Source of the DNA: Candidatus Saccharimonadia bacterium
Lineage (GTDB): Bacteria > Patescibacteriota > Saccharimonadia > Saccharimonadales > JALRHH01
DNA length: 64,000 nt
Reading direction: 5' to 3'
NCBI GenBank assembly: GCA_023253175.1
Contig: JALRHH010000001.1
Location: 428,020 to 492,019 of the forward strand
Part shown: positions 1 through 8,846 of the stretch, piece after piece
Layout of the letters: each line of letters starts with the position of its first letter
Position numbering within the stretch: position 1 is the stretch's first letter
Program-made: the position numbers and the translations under genes
Notes under the pieces: model-generated
What the model was told of the DNA's origin: nothing
Database searches by the model: none
What the model saw: only the letters and a program-made list of their open reading frames with translations

Positions 1-318
1 ATCCTTAGAGAGTTGAGCTAACTCCCAGGCAGTCATATTATCCGGTGCCACTACTTCTACCATGCCGTCATTTTTGGTTGCATGGTCAGGCCTCGCGCTT
101 GCATCCCAATCACCGAGAGATGCTGCCCCTGCTCCAATAACAGTAGTAGCTGCCGCAAGTACAAGACTTGCACGGCCTAATCGTACTTTTACCCTTGTTC
201 TTGGGGCCTCTACTGCGTTAACTTCGATCTGCCTTGCAGAATGTGCAAGGTTAATCGCCTCATTGGTATGAGTTTCAAGTGACTTTTCTGGGACTGATGG
301 ATTATTGCTTTGTGCCAT
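1..318 (-). CDS. hypothetical protein, N-terminal part only (gene runs off the window start); one hydrophobic segment
   Basis: Manual reverse translation from ATG at 318-316 gives MAQSNNPSVPEKSLETH...RASLVLAAATTVIGAGAASL...VVAPDNMTAWELAQLSKD. 106 codons with no stop down to position 1. Absent from the ORF track because it is truncated. Confidence 0.4.
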   Translation of the reverse strand, partial: MAQSNNPSVPEKSLETHTNEAINLAHSARQIEVNAVEAPRTRVKVRLGRASLVLAAATTVIGAGAASLGDWDASARPDHATKNDGMVEVVAPDNMTAWELAQLSKD

Positions 319-377
319 AATAGATACATTATATCAAATCATTAGCTTTTTGTCAATATTATGGCAAAGCTAACAGA

Positions 378-1643
378 TTAGGACTGAAGCTTCTTTATGG
401 TTGCCGCGAACCATTTGGCGCTTGGACGAATTGTTCGCTTCATTGTCTTGCGGTCAACGTGGATCAGGCCAAATTCTGGCCACCAACCGTATTTCCACTC
501 AAAGTTATCCAGTAAACTCCAGTGGAAGTACCCACGCAGATCAACACCTTCGCTAATTGCCCGCTCCATGGCCACAATCGTTTCTTCTATCCACCAACGG
601 CGATGCTCATCAGATGCATCTGCCAGGCCATTCTCGGTAATAAAAATTGGCTTTTTGAACCTTGTCCAGGCACGAAGCATCAATGGGTATATACCCTCCG
701 GTTCCATATACCAGCCCAGGTCATTAACAGGTACTGATGGATTGATTCTCTTACCAAAACCAGTGTAATAATCTGTAAAGTAATAGTTGATGCCGACAAA
801 GTCCTGATAACGCTTAATGCGCGCCAGGAACCACCAGTTCCAGAAGTAACGCATCCATTTGGTAGAGACGTTATCAAGTACGTTGTGGGGACGCTTGGAC
901 TGAATATTGCCAAGCTGTGCTGCAACGCCCACATATAGGCTCGGCTTTGCAGCCTTCAAGATCCGGTATGATTCGCGGTGCGTACGGGTTAGGTTCCAAT
1001 ATACTTTGCAGAATTTGAACAGGCTCTTTTCCTGCGGTGGCCATTCCCCTGTTAGGTATCCAAATGAGGAATAGACGTTGGGCTCATTAAGCGTGATGAT
1101 GTATGTTATGTCATCGATAAGTTCATCGGCCACCTTTTGAACAAATCGTTCAAAATATTTGCGATTTTCCTTCTTGCCAAAGCCGCCCTTTTCCGTAAAC
1201 CATACTGGCATCGTCCAGTGCCAGATATTCAGGAATGGTTCTAGCTTGCGCTTGCGGAGCTCGGCGATATAACGACGGTAGTGCTCGATTTCGGCCTCGT
1301 CCCACTTTCCCTCTTCTGGTTCGATACGGGACCATTCGATGCCAAATCGAAAGGCATTTAGGTTAAGCTCCTGAGCGAGCGCAAAATCTTCCGGATAGCG
1401 CTTGTAGTGCTCAATACCCTTACCTGACACATAATTCTCTGGCTCCTCGGCCTGATCCTTAATACGATCCCATGATGGTAGCCAGTGCAATCTTTGGTGT
1501 GCGGTCTGCGCCAGCTCTTTAGCTTGCTCTAGCTCCCACTTGGACCACTGATTGTAATTACCACCTTCTACTTGGTGCGAGGCAGTAGATCCGCCCCAGA
1601 AAAAATGTTTTGGAAAGTTTCTGTCTGGATGTTGTTCGTTCAT
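378..1643 (-). CDS. glycoside hydrolase family 1 beta-glucosidase
   Basis: 421 aa. GH1 signatures: FPKHFFWGGSTASHQVEGG at the N-terminus, acid/base TLNEPNVY and nucleophile FITENG. Confidence 0.9.
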   Translation of the reverse strand: MNEQHPDRNFPKHFFWGGSTASHQVEGGNYNQWSKWELEQAKELAQTAHQRLHWLPSWDRIKDQAEEPENYVSGKGIEHYKRYPEDFALAQELNLNAFRFGIEWSRIEPEEGKWDEAEIEHYRRYIAELRKRKLEPFLNIWHWTMPVWFTEKGGFGKKENRKYFERFVQKVADELIDDITYIITLNEPNVYSSFGYLTGEWPPQEKSLFKFCKVYWNLTRTHRESYRILKAAKPSLYVGVAAQLGNIQSKRPHNVLDNVSTKWMRYFWNWWFLARIKRYQDFVGINYYFTDYYTGFGKRINPSVPVNDLGWYMEPEGIYPLMLRAWTRFKKPIFITENGLADASDEHRRWWIEETIVAMERAISEGVDLRGYFHWSLLDNFEWKYGWWPEFGLIHVDRKTMKRTIRPSAKWFAATIKKLQS

Positions 1644-1695
1644 TACTGCCTAGTATACCGCATAAGCTTGCTGTTACTTGAATTAGCCTATATCA

Positions 1696-2202
1696 CTATC
1701 TACGGTACTGCTCGACAGCCCGAATATTACTTATGACCGAAGTCAACGCCTCGCAGTCCGCTAGAGTCATCGGCACAGTCAAGTCTTCTGCTAGAAAATC
1801 AGCCCGATGTACTGTACCTACATATGGCTCGTGCTGGCCTCCTATATTTTCTACTTTATAGATATCGATACGCGGACTTTCACCCACCAATTTTGAATCA
1901 TCTTCTATGGCCACTGCGAAATTAATCAGCTTGAATGTAAAGCTTTCCTGGAGCGCGCAAGTCCCAATTGGCCGTAACCGCTGCACTAATAACCTAACAT
2001 TTTCAAGCATCCGAGCATCATCATCAACATTAACTTGCAAGTACTCTGCCATAAGCAGGGAGACAAACTGGTCACCTTGTGAGTATGATTTACGCTTACC
2101 TGCCGATAAAGGCCTGGTCTTCTTGAACGACAATAGGACATCCGCCGATTCTACTATAGTTTCTAGCTCACCGCCTGGTAGGCCTATTTGTTCTACACTC
2201 AT
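1696..2202 (-). CDS. hypothetical protein
   Basis: 168-aa ORF with no recognisable motif. It sits 4 nt downstream of the preceding gene in the same strand block. Confidence 0.5.
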   Translation of the reverse strand: MSVEQIGLPGGELETIVESADVLLSFKKTRPLSAGKRKSYSQGDQFVSLLMAEYLQVNVDDDARMLENVRLLVQRLRPIGTCALQESFTFKLINFAVAIEDDSKLVGESPRIDIYKVENIGGQHEPYVGTVHRADFLAEDLTVPMTLADCEALTSVISNIRAVEQYRR

Positions 2203-2206
2203 CTAT

Positions 2207-2635
2207 TTATAGTCCGTATACTGCTTCGCCATTTTTGATGCGTTTTTCAAGGGTTTGTAATATCTGAGCTAAGTTATTCAGATTCAGATCTTCTAATTTC
2301 TTAAAGCGCACACAGCTTTTACCGACACTCACCTTGCCCAGCTCTGCTTTGTGCTTTTCGGCAACATACTCACCATCTTCGAGTGCACAGACGTACAGGC
2401 TCATGTAATTCTTTTGGTTTGCAAGTGCTAATACCGGCCATTCCTGTTCTTTGCCACTGCTATTCTTGTACGTAAACAGACCATAGCCAACCATATTCAT
2501 GGCCATGCCAGATACCATGGTTCGCTCAAGACTCGGTGCAGATTCTCTGATGAGTTCATCCACCGTGCGAAGCGCGGCTTCCCTATCATCTGTTTTGGAA
2601 AAATACTCGTCAGGGTTAGCTGCCTCGATTCTCAT
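2207..2635 (-). CDS. DUF1801 (YdhG-like) domain protein
   Basis: 142 aa. Size and pattern (…LIRESAPSLERTMVSGMAMNMVGYG…NYMSLYV…) resemble the YdhG/DUF1801 family. The call is from memory of that family. Confidence 0.55.
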   Translation of the reverse strand: MRIEAANPDEYFSKTDDREAALRTVDELIRESAPSLERTMVSGMAMNMVGYGLFTYKNSSGKEQEWPVLALANQKNYMSLYVCALEDGEYVAEKHKAELGKVSVGKSCVRFKKLEDLNLNNLAQILQTLEKRIKNGEAVYGL

Positions 2636-3066
2636 TACAGACCAATTGCTCCGATAACCGCTGCCATCACCATAAATGTCACGAGTTCGTGCAGGCTATT
2701 TAAGCCCGTAAGCTTTTTACGGCGACCCTCAAATGTATCATGTACGTATAACCGAGCAGCCGTGAAGCCAAGCCACAGCCAAAATGCGGTTGTGAGCGCC
2801 GATTCCATCAAATCCTTATTAAAGAACTGTGACGATAGGTACGTAACGTGCGCTAAAACATATGCCGTTACCAGTGAGGCAATAAATGTGGATCCAAGCA
2901 AAAGCCCCATTTGCCCGGGCTTCACCTCTTTGCTCATATCAACCTTTGCAAGTTTCGCCCACTGTTTGCCAAATACGCTCTGCGCGTACCAAATTGCGCC
3001 CACAGCCATTGAACTGGCTGCAGCCAAGAATACCGCTAGATAGTTTACCTGTACTTCCATACCCAT
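2635..3066 (-). CDS. DUF1761 family small membrane protein
   Basis: 143 aa with about 4 TM segments. The N-terminal pattern AVGAIWYAQSVFGKQW is typical of DUF1761. Its start codon overlaps the downstream gene by 1 nt. Confidence 0.6.
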   Translation of the reverse strand: MGMEVQVNYLAVFLAAASSMAVGAIWYAQSVFGKQWAKLAKVDMSKEVKPGQMGLLLGSTFIASLVTAYVLAHVTYLSSQFFNKDLMESALTTAFWLWLGFTAARLYVHDTFEGRRKKLTGLNSLHELVTFMVMAAVIGAIGL

Positions 3067-3126
3067 ATACTCCTTCGGTTAGTATGAGTCGAATTATCTA
3101 CCTAAAGTTTCTGGCTGTCCAGTTAT

Positions 3127-4164
3127 TTATTTTGGTTGCTCATCGATAGCACCAAGTGCTTCTTTAAGCTCGTCTGGCTCTTCGAGCTTCAGCGGCTTCT
3201 TGCTCTTGATCTCGTACTTAAGACCAGTCATTGGTGATTCGTAGTAATCGTCGTTTAGGAGGTTTACGAACTTGGTGAGGTCTTTGGTATCCATGATGAT
3301 AATTGAACCGTTTGTGTCGGTCATCATTTCGATTCCCAGCTCTTCTGCGTGATTCAGCAGTTCATCTTGTTTCACGTTAGTTGGGTCAATCTTTTGCAGC
3401 TTATTAACAAGTGCTTTCTTTTCCATAACCATTGAATTGAGACTGGCGCCTTCTTCAAAGCTGAGTTTGAAGTTATCCTGAATTTCCGCGACTTTCTTTT
3501 CTGCGATCGCTGCTTTTTTGGCGTTGTAGTTAAACAGCTGTTCAAGCTTGGTCTGGTTAAAGACGAAAATATCCTGGTCGACAATAAGTAACTGGTTGTC
3601 GGTTGGAATACGTAGCGCCCCGTCTGCGTCGAACGGCACGAACTTACCGCCGCGGACTAACCACCCAGCGTTACCCTTCATCATGTTTGAACTTGGCAAT
3701 ACCTTTGCAACGTAAAATGGCTGTTCCATTTCAGGATGAGAGATACGTGCAATCACGCCCTTAATACGCTTGAGGTCGTGTTCTTCCTCAACAAACTGTT
3801 CGATCTCGGCCTCTTGTGTACGGAGCCAGCTCAGCACTTCCCTGGCCTTCACGACGTTAATGAGCTTTGTTTTCTGAAGAACCATTTGCTCTTGCTCTGC
3901 ATCCTCAAAATTACGGACTACAAGTCCCTGGTCTGCACCCTCAAGCACGTATTCAAGGATTGGATCAATTAAGATTGAGTGCAGGTGCATCTCAAGGTCC
4001 TTGGACCTCGAAGTCTTATACACCACTGAGTTTTTGTTAATCAAAAATAATTCTATTTTGAGGTCTTCCTTGAGCTGCACAAGGTTGTTCGCCCATAAGA
4101 AAATGTCTGTCTCCTGGTAATCATCCTGAAGCTCTTGTTCGTTCACTGATTTGTTTTCTTCCAT
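3127..4164 (-). CDS. KwaB-like (DUF4868-like) protein
   Basis: 345 aa, soluble. Central segment LLIVDQDIFVFNQTKLEQLFNY and C-terminal LLNDDYYESPMTGLKYEIKSKK resemble my recollection of the DUF4868/KwaB family. Not verified by any search. Confidence 0.5.
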   Translation of the reverse strand: MEENKSVNEQELQDDYQETDIFLWANNLVQLKEDLKIELFLINKNSVVYKTSRSKDLEMHLHSILIDPILEYVLEGADQGLVVRNFEDAEQEQMVLQKTKLINVVKAREVLSWLRTQEAEIEQFVEEEHDLKRIKGVIARISHPEMEQPFYVAKVLPSSNMMKGNAGWLVRGGKFVPFDADGALRIPTDNQLLIVDQDIFVFNQTKLEQLFNYNAKKAAIAEKKVAEIQDNFKLSFEEGASLNSMVMEKKALVNKLQKIDPTNVKQDELLNHAEELGIEMMTDTNGSIIIMDTKDLTKFVNLLNDDYYESPMTGLKYEIKSKKPLKLEEPDELKEALGAIDEQPK

Positions 4165-4169
4165 GAAAA

Positions 4170-4182
4170 CTATTCTAACCCA
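4170..4182 (-). promoter_or_regulatory. putative extended -10 promoter (TGGGTTAGAATAG) for the KwaB-like gene; apparently leaderless
   Basis: The reverse complement of 4170-4182 is TGGGTTAGAATAG. The TAGAAT hexamer (4172-4177) lies 7 nt from the ATG at 4164. No Shine-Dalgarno sequence in between. Confidence 0.4.
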
Positions 4183-4204
4183 GCATGACTCAAAGACGTG
4201 TTGT

Positions 4205-4227
4205 AATTATCAAGCGGCTTGATAATT
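4205..4227. promoter_or_regulatory. perfect 23-bp palindrome AATTATCAAGC-g-GCTTGATAATT (operator or RNA hairpin)
   Basis: 11-bp arms read directly from the sequence. The right arm overlaps the stop codon of the 209-aa gene. The palindrome sits just upstream of the -35 region of the putative KwaB-like promoter. Confidence 0.5.
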
Positions 4228-4856
4228 TAGTACCTGCGGGACTTTAGTAAAGTCTTTGTGACGAGGCCGCCAAGCGCAAGTCCGACGCCCACTATGGCGG
4301 CATTTTTAAGATTTGCCTTGACATCCTCTACATCAACATCAATTTCCAACCAGAAGCGCTTTATGCCCTCACGAGGCATTTTTTCAGATATATCAATAAA
4401 ATTATCTATGTCTGCACATAAATTACTTGAGTACTTACTATAAATTAATTCTCCGAGTTCCTTTACACTTTCAGCTTTTTCAAAAAGCGACTCCACAATT
4501 GTGATAACTCGTGTCTCATCAAACATGTCGTAGTATTCAGAGCCAACAAGACGATTAAATAGCTCACCTCGCTTATTGTCATCGGCGACCCAAAGACGAG
4601 CAATAGTGGTTCTTGCTTCCTCGGCAGATTCTGCAAGAGACCCAAACACCTCTGTTGATAGATCAGTAAAATGAGTCGCTTGATTCGTAATCTGCTCTGC
4701 GAGCACATCTGAGTATTGTTCGTAGTCCGGCTTGTCTTTAAATATGCCACTCAAAAGACTATGTAGCATGAACTGTCCTTCGTCAAAACTCGCCATTGAA
4801 TCAAGTAGGCCCGAGTCTAGCCCCTCGAACGGCTCTTCATAGCCAAATTTACCCAT
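4227..4856 (-). CDS. hypothetical tail-anchored membrane protein
   Basis: 209 aa. Acidic soluble body with a single C-terminal TM (AAIVGVGLALGGLVTKTLL) followed by KSRRY. Overlaps the upstream gene by 8 nt. Confidence 0.55.
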   Translation of the reverse strand: MGKFGYEEPFEGLDSGLLDSMASFDEGQFMLHSLLSGIFKDKPDYEQYSDVLAEQITNQATHFTDLSTEVFGSLAESAEEARTTIARLWVADDNKRGELFNRLVGSEYYDMFDETRVITIVESLFEKAESVKELGELIYSKYSSNLCADIDNFIDISEKMPREGIKRFWLEIDVDVEDVKANLKNAAIVGVGLALGGLVTKTLLKSRRY

Positions 4857-5643
4857 TAACAGACCTCTCTTCCTCTTCTTCGTGTGGAAGAATAACTTTC
4901 AAAATATTCTTTGCGGCATTCATGACACCCACCTCTGTAACAATGCTATTACTCTCAATATTCTGGTACAACATGTCAACTGCCATGGTTAGCTGAAGCT
5001 CCTTGAGCACGGAAGATCCGAGGTCAGCAAACATCTTTAGATCATCTTCATCAAATACCTCATCAAGATCGGCAGATTCAGGCCCTTCTAGCGTCTCTGC
5101 TACCAACGAAGCCTCGGACTGCGCCTGCATTGGTAAACTAGACTGAGCTCGTGCACCAGGTAGCTCAACAGGAGTCTCATCAACATATGCATATACCTGC
5201 AGTAAATCTTCTATTGTTCCATCAGACGTAACGGTTACCGTATAATCACACCCGATTGCGAGCCTCGTTTCCGAATTATCAAGCAGCCTAAGCCACTCTT
5301 CTGTCGGAACTAATTCTCCGTCAACCAGCTCAGTCTGACCATACTGTAGTGCCTCCCAAACATCGTCCGGAAAAGCAATTCTTGAAAGCTCGTTGAACCT
5401 TGCCTCGCCAATAATTTTGTATGTTGTTAAAAGAATCTCATCATCCTCATCCGAGACAACACGCTCCGCATTGAAAGAATAGCTATTTGACGTCAGGTTA
5501 TAGAAATCGGCATTAGAGCGAGCAAATCTCGTAAATGATTCATCGTGTTCTTTATATCCTTGATCGAGCTGCCCCGCAATCTTTTCGAGCTCCATGGCAA
5601 ACCTAAGTACATCCGATTCCGACTCTGCCCCAAATTCGCTCAT
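4849..5643 (-). CDS. hypothetical acidic protein
   Basis: 264 aa, strongly D/E-rich, no recognised motif. Translationally coupled on both sides (4-nt and 8-nt overlaps). Confidence 0.55.
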   Translation of the reverse strand: MSEFGAESESDVLRFAMELEKIAGQLDQGYKEHDESFTRFARSNADFYNLTSNSYSFNAERVVSDEDDEILLTTYKIIGEARFNELSRIAFPDDVWEALQYGQTELVDGELVPTEEWLRLLDNSETRLAIGCDYTVTVTSDGTIEDLLQVYAYVDETPVELPGARAQSSLPMQAQSEASLVAETLEGPESADLDEVFDEDDLKMFADLGSSVLKELQLTMAVDMLYQNIESNSIVTEVGVMNAAKNILKVILPHEEEEERSVNG

Positions 5644-6281
5644 GCTGCGGCCTCATTATCAAACTGATTCACTGTGTCCAGCATACGTTCCTTTATCTCT
5701 TCAATTGCTTCTGGATAGAGTGGTTGACGCCATTTTGAACCGTATGGCACCACTTGGTCTATGAGCACTTGAGTATCTGGATGTAGGTAAGTATCAACGA
5801 CTGGGTTATAGTTAACGATCGTTAGTTTTGTGCCAGTCGCCTGGCCATCCGCGCCCCACTCCAACTGATAAAGTTCGCGTGTATTTGAATATCGAAGTTT
5901 ATCGTTAAGAATATATTCCAGAAACGATACGCTTAGCTTCCAAGATCTGAAATCAACCATACCTGTCCTTATGCTAACGAATCGATCAACATCGTTTGAA
6001 CCAATTGGACTGCCGGAGTTTTGGAGTAACGTAAACTGGTGAAGCCTATTTCTAACTCGTGGCCTTCTGGCGCTTTCTCTAAGTACACCCATCGCCACTG
6101 CCTGCAAAGATAGCACATCCTTTAATGGCAATCCTGGCAAATCGTCTACAGATTCAATTTCAACCACACTAGATTTTCTGCTTACAGTGTGACTTAGATC
6201 AGATAATGCGTGGAGCCTCAGATCATCTGTATCTAGATGACCTTGTTTTTGCTCCACCCTTTTTAGAGCTTCGGTTTCCAT
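5640..6281 (-). CDS. hypothetical protein (first gene of the accessory operon)
   Basis: 213-aa ORF. On the minus strand a TATAAT box (6288-6293) lies 6 nt upstream of the ATG. Confidence 0.55.
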   Translation of the reverse strand: METEALKRVEQKQGHLDTDDLRLHALSDLSHTVSRKSSVVEIESVDDLPGLPLKDVLSLQAVAMGVLRESARRPRVRNRLHQFTLLQNSGSPIGSNDVDRFVSIRTGMVDFRSWKLSVSFLEYILNDKLRYSNTRELYQLEWGADGQATGTKLTIVNYNPVVDTYLHPDTQVLIDQVVPYGSKWRQPLYPEAIEEIKERMLDTVNQFDNEAAA

Positions 6282-6422
6282 ATGCTGATTATAGTCCTGC
6301 TATTTTTGTATGCAAGAATTAGCACTTTTTTACAACTAGCTGAGCAAGTATTGTATACAAAATTGATGCAATGTGATATAATATAATTAATATATCGGTG
6401 GGATTATCAAACAGGAGTCAAT

Positions 6423-7079
6423 GTGCCCACCTTTCCAAACACCTTCGATGAATCAACGCATATCTTAGTACCAACTGACTTAAAAGCCAGCCACGCAGAA
6501 CATCTTATAAAACTCAACATGGCAGGCTACGATGTAGTAGCTGGGCTCCGACGCGAAGACGTGCCTGCCCTTGCTGAAATTGCGGCTCAAGAAGGCACCA
6601 GAGAATATTGCCCAAATGACCTAAAACGCCGCTGGGGCGATGAGGCTATGGCCGAGGCAAAACTAGCAAAAGCAGGTGGATCCGGCGTACTTCGTCTTGT
6701 CTCCCAAAAGAATGGAAACACACTTGGCTTCGGCTGGACCGGACACATTGACGACGAAGATCAGGAGCATCTGCCAATGTGTGAGAATATATTTGCACTT
6801 CGCCTGCATGAAGCATCGCGGGGCAAAAGACTAGGCACAACATTCTCTAGGGTTATTGTGGCCGGTTCGATGGCATTATGGGGAGCCAGAAATGTAGGGC
6901 TTGCCACTTGGGCTAGCAACACACCAGCCGTCCGGACATATTTATCCGCAGGCGCAGAACTTGTAACAACTAAAGATGATGTGCGTCCCACGATTTTACG
7001 CGGTCCCGGCAAATTCCAATACGAAAACCACCGCAACGACGTCCGTCTTTATATGCAGTTCCCCTGGTCGGCTAAATAG
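6423..7079 (+). CDS. GNAT-like N-acetyltransferase (putative)
   Basis: 218 aa with a GTG start preceded by AGGAG. RGKRLGTTF resembles the acetyl-CoA binding R/Q-x-x-G-x-G/A motif. An extended -10 (TGATATAAT) lies upstream. Confidence 0.45.
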   Translation: MPTFPNTFDESTHILVPTDLKASHAEHLIKLNMAGYDVVAGLRREDVPALAEIAAQEGTREYCPNDLKRRWGDEAMAEAKLAKAGGSGVLRLVSQKNGNTLGFGWTGHIDDEDQEHLPMCENIFALRLHEASRGKRLGTTFSRVIVAGSMALWGARNVGLATWASNTPAVRTYLSAGAELVTTKDDVRPTILRGPGKFQYENHRNDVRLYMQFPWSAK

Positions 7080-7082
7080 AAA

Positions 7083-8438
7083 CTATTTCATTTTAGGTTT
7101 TAAAGGATCCTGGCTACCCCTGGTATATTGCCTGATCGGCTTTCTGCTTGCTGCCCAGGCGTCCAGTACTGGCTGCACGACTTCCCATGCGGTCAACAGC
7201 TCTTCGCTGCTCGAAAATAATGATTGGTCACCTTTTACCGCGTCCATAATGACACGTTCATACGCGTCAGGATGACCAGGCTGATTCGTAAACGTATTTT
7301 TATACGAGAAGTCCAGTTCAGTGCCATGCATCTGATTATCAAAGCCGGGTGCTTTTACAAACAGGTCGAGTGATATTCCTTCATTGGGTTGCAACCTGAA
7401 ACTGAGCTGGTTACGGCGCCGTTCATGTGGATATTTAAACCGTACGATTACCTCTGTCGTCTTCTCGCTGAGTGCCTTGCCTGTTTCTAGAATAATCTCG
7501 GTATCTCTCCACCTGTCTAATTCTGATTGTAGTTCGATGAGTGCATATGTTTCTGTACGCGAGCTAGGGTTGCCCACTTCATCTCTATAACCCTTATACT
7601 GCGCCCGAGCCGCTTTGGTCGGATCCGCAGGTGCAAGACTTTTAAGGAATGCCAATTTAGCCGTACGGATGTCTTCACTGCTGTTACTCAGCGGCTGATC
7701 CATCATAACTACAGATAGAAGCTGCATAAGATGACTTTGGATAATATCGCGGAGTGCGCCTGTGCGCTCATAAAAATCGGCGCGGCCCTCAATGCCTAAC
7801 GATTCGTGCGCCCTAATATGCACACGGTCAATGTGTTCATCATTCCAAAGTGCAGCAAAAATCGGATTATTCAGCCGGAACGCGAGCAGATTCTGGGCAG
7901 TCTCCTTTGCCAAATAGTGATCAATACGGTAGACCTGCGACTCGTCGAAATGTTCATTGGTAATACGAACGAGCTTTTCCGCCGAGGCTACATCATGACC
8001 AAATGGCTTCTCGACCAGAAGTCGGGTTCGGCTGTCATTAAGTTTATGCGCGCCAAGTTGCTTAATAATCGGCGTGTAGGCACTAGGCGGAATCGCCATG
8101 TACATCAATCGATCACGTCGACCTTTCGTATCAAATGAATCCAGCAGGCGGGCCAGTTTGTCATAATCGTCAGCTACAGTCGGATCAAGCTGAACAAGCT
8201 GCAGTGCATCATGGAGCTTTTGTAGTCCTTTAGGATCACAGATTTTGTCCGCCTCCAGTACACAAAGCTCAACCTGGTCGAGCAGTTTATCTACCGTCAC
8301 CTTACTTCGGCTCACGCCAATAATACGAGTCTTTTTATCCAGTAAATCTTGCGAGATCAAATGGTACAGCGCCGGCAACAACTTGCGCCGGCTTAAATCC
8401 CCCGTAACACCGAATATAACAATGACCGTCGGCTTCAT
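7083..8438 (-). CDS. zwf: glucose-6-phosphate 1-dehydrogenase
   Basis: 451 aa. Motifs: NADP-binding GVTGDLSRRKLLPALY, EKPFG, and active-site RIDHYLAKE. GGAGGA SD 7 nt upstream. Confidence 0.95.
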   Translation of the reverse strand: MKPTVIVIFGVTGDLSRRKLLPALYHLISQDLLDKKTRIIGVSRSKVTVDKLLDQVELCVLEADKICDPKGLQKLHDALQLVQLDPTVADDYDKLARLLDSFDTKGRRDRLMYMAIPPSAYTPIIKQLGAHKLNDSRTRLLVEKPFGHDVASAEKLVRITNEHFDESQVYRIDHYLAKETAQNLLAFRLNNPIFAALWNDEHIDRVHIRAHESLGIEGRADFYERTGALRDIIQSHLMQLLSVVMMDQPLSNSSEDIRTAKLAFLKSLAPADPTKAARAQYKGYRDEVGNPSSRTETYALIELQSELDRWRDTEIILETGKALSEKTTEVIVRFKYPHERRRNQLSFRLQPNEGISLDLFVKAPGFDNQMHGTELDFSYKNTFTNQPGHPDAYERVIMDAVKGDQSLFSSSEELLTAWEVVQPVLDAWAASRKPIRQYTRGSQDPLKPKMK

Positions 8439-8506
8439 AAGCCGTCCTCCGTATACTTCGTAGGGTCATTATGCTCTACAAATTCCAGAGTCTCAACAAT
8501 AATTCA

Positions 8507-8845
8507 TCAATCGATGAGGAAGTCTAATTGCTCTTCCGGAATATCAATGGACTTACCGTAGCTGACAGCGTCTGTCCACGTGCTTTTATCGTCTCTGCTC
8601 ATAAGAAACGTCTTGCCGGGAAATACCACATAGATATTTTCATCGTCCCAGAAGTGAGCGTACCATTTCTCTGGCTTGAGCTGCTTGGCCAAATGCTCTA
8701 TCTGCTCAATTGTCATACGAACCTGATATAAATGCCACCGATCCTCGGGCTTCTCGGCACTAGATATCCGGACAGATAAAATATCCAGTTCATTTAAGAA
8801 CCGATTGTCTACCAGGCTTTCTTCAACAACTGTTCCGCGCAGCAT
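8507..8845 (-). CDS. hypothetical protein
   Basis: 112-aa ORF starting 1 nt after the preceding gene. No recognised motif. Confidence 0.5.
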   Translation of the reverse strand: MLRGTVVEESLVDNRFLNELDILSVRISSAEKPEDRWHLYQVRMTIEQIEHLAKQLKPEKWYAHFWDDENIYVVFPGKTFLMSRDDKSTWTDAVSYGKSIDIPEEQLDFLID

Positions 8846-8846
8846 A

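Noticed and set aside
62-271. 69-aa plus-strand ORF at the window start
   Set aside because: It lies entirely antisense to a longer open minus-strand frame (1-318) that has a plausible ATG and a hydrophobic segment. Its composition is low-complexity Ala/Ser/Leu, typical of antisense artefacts.
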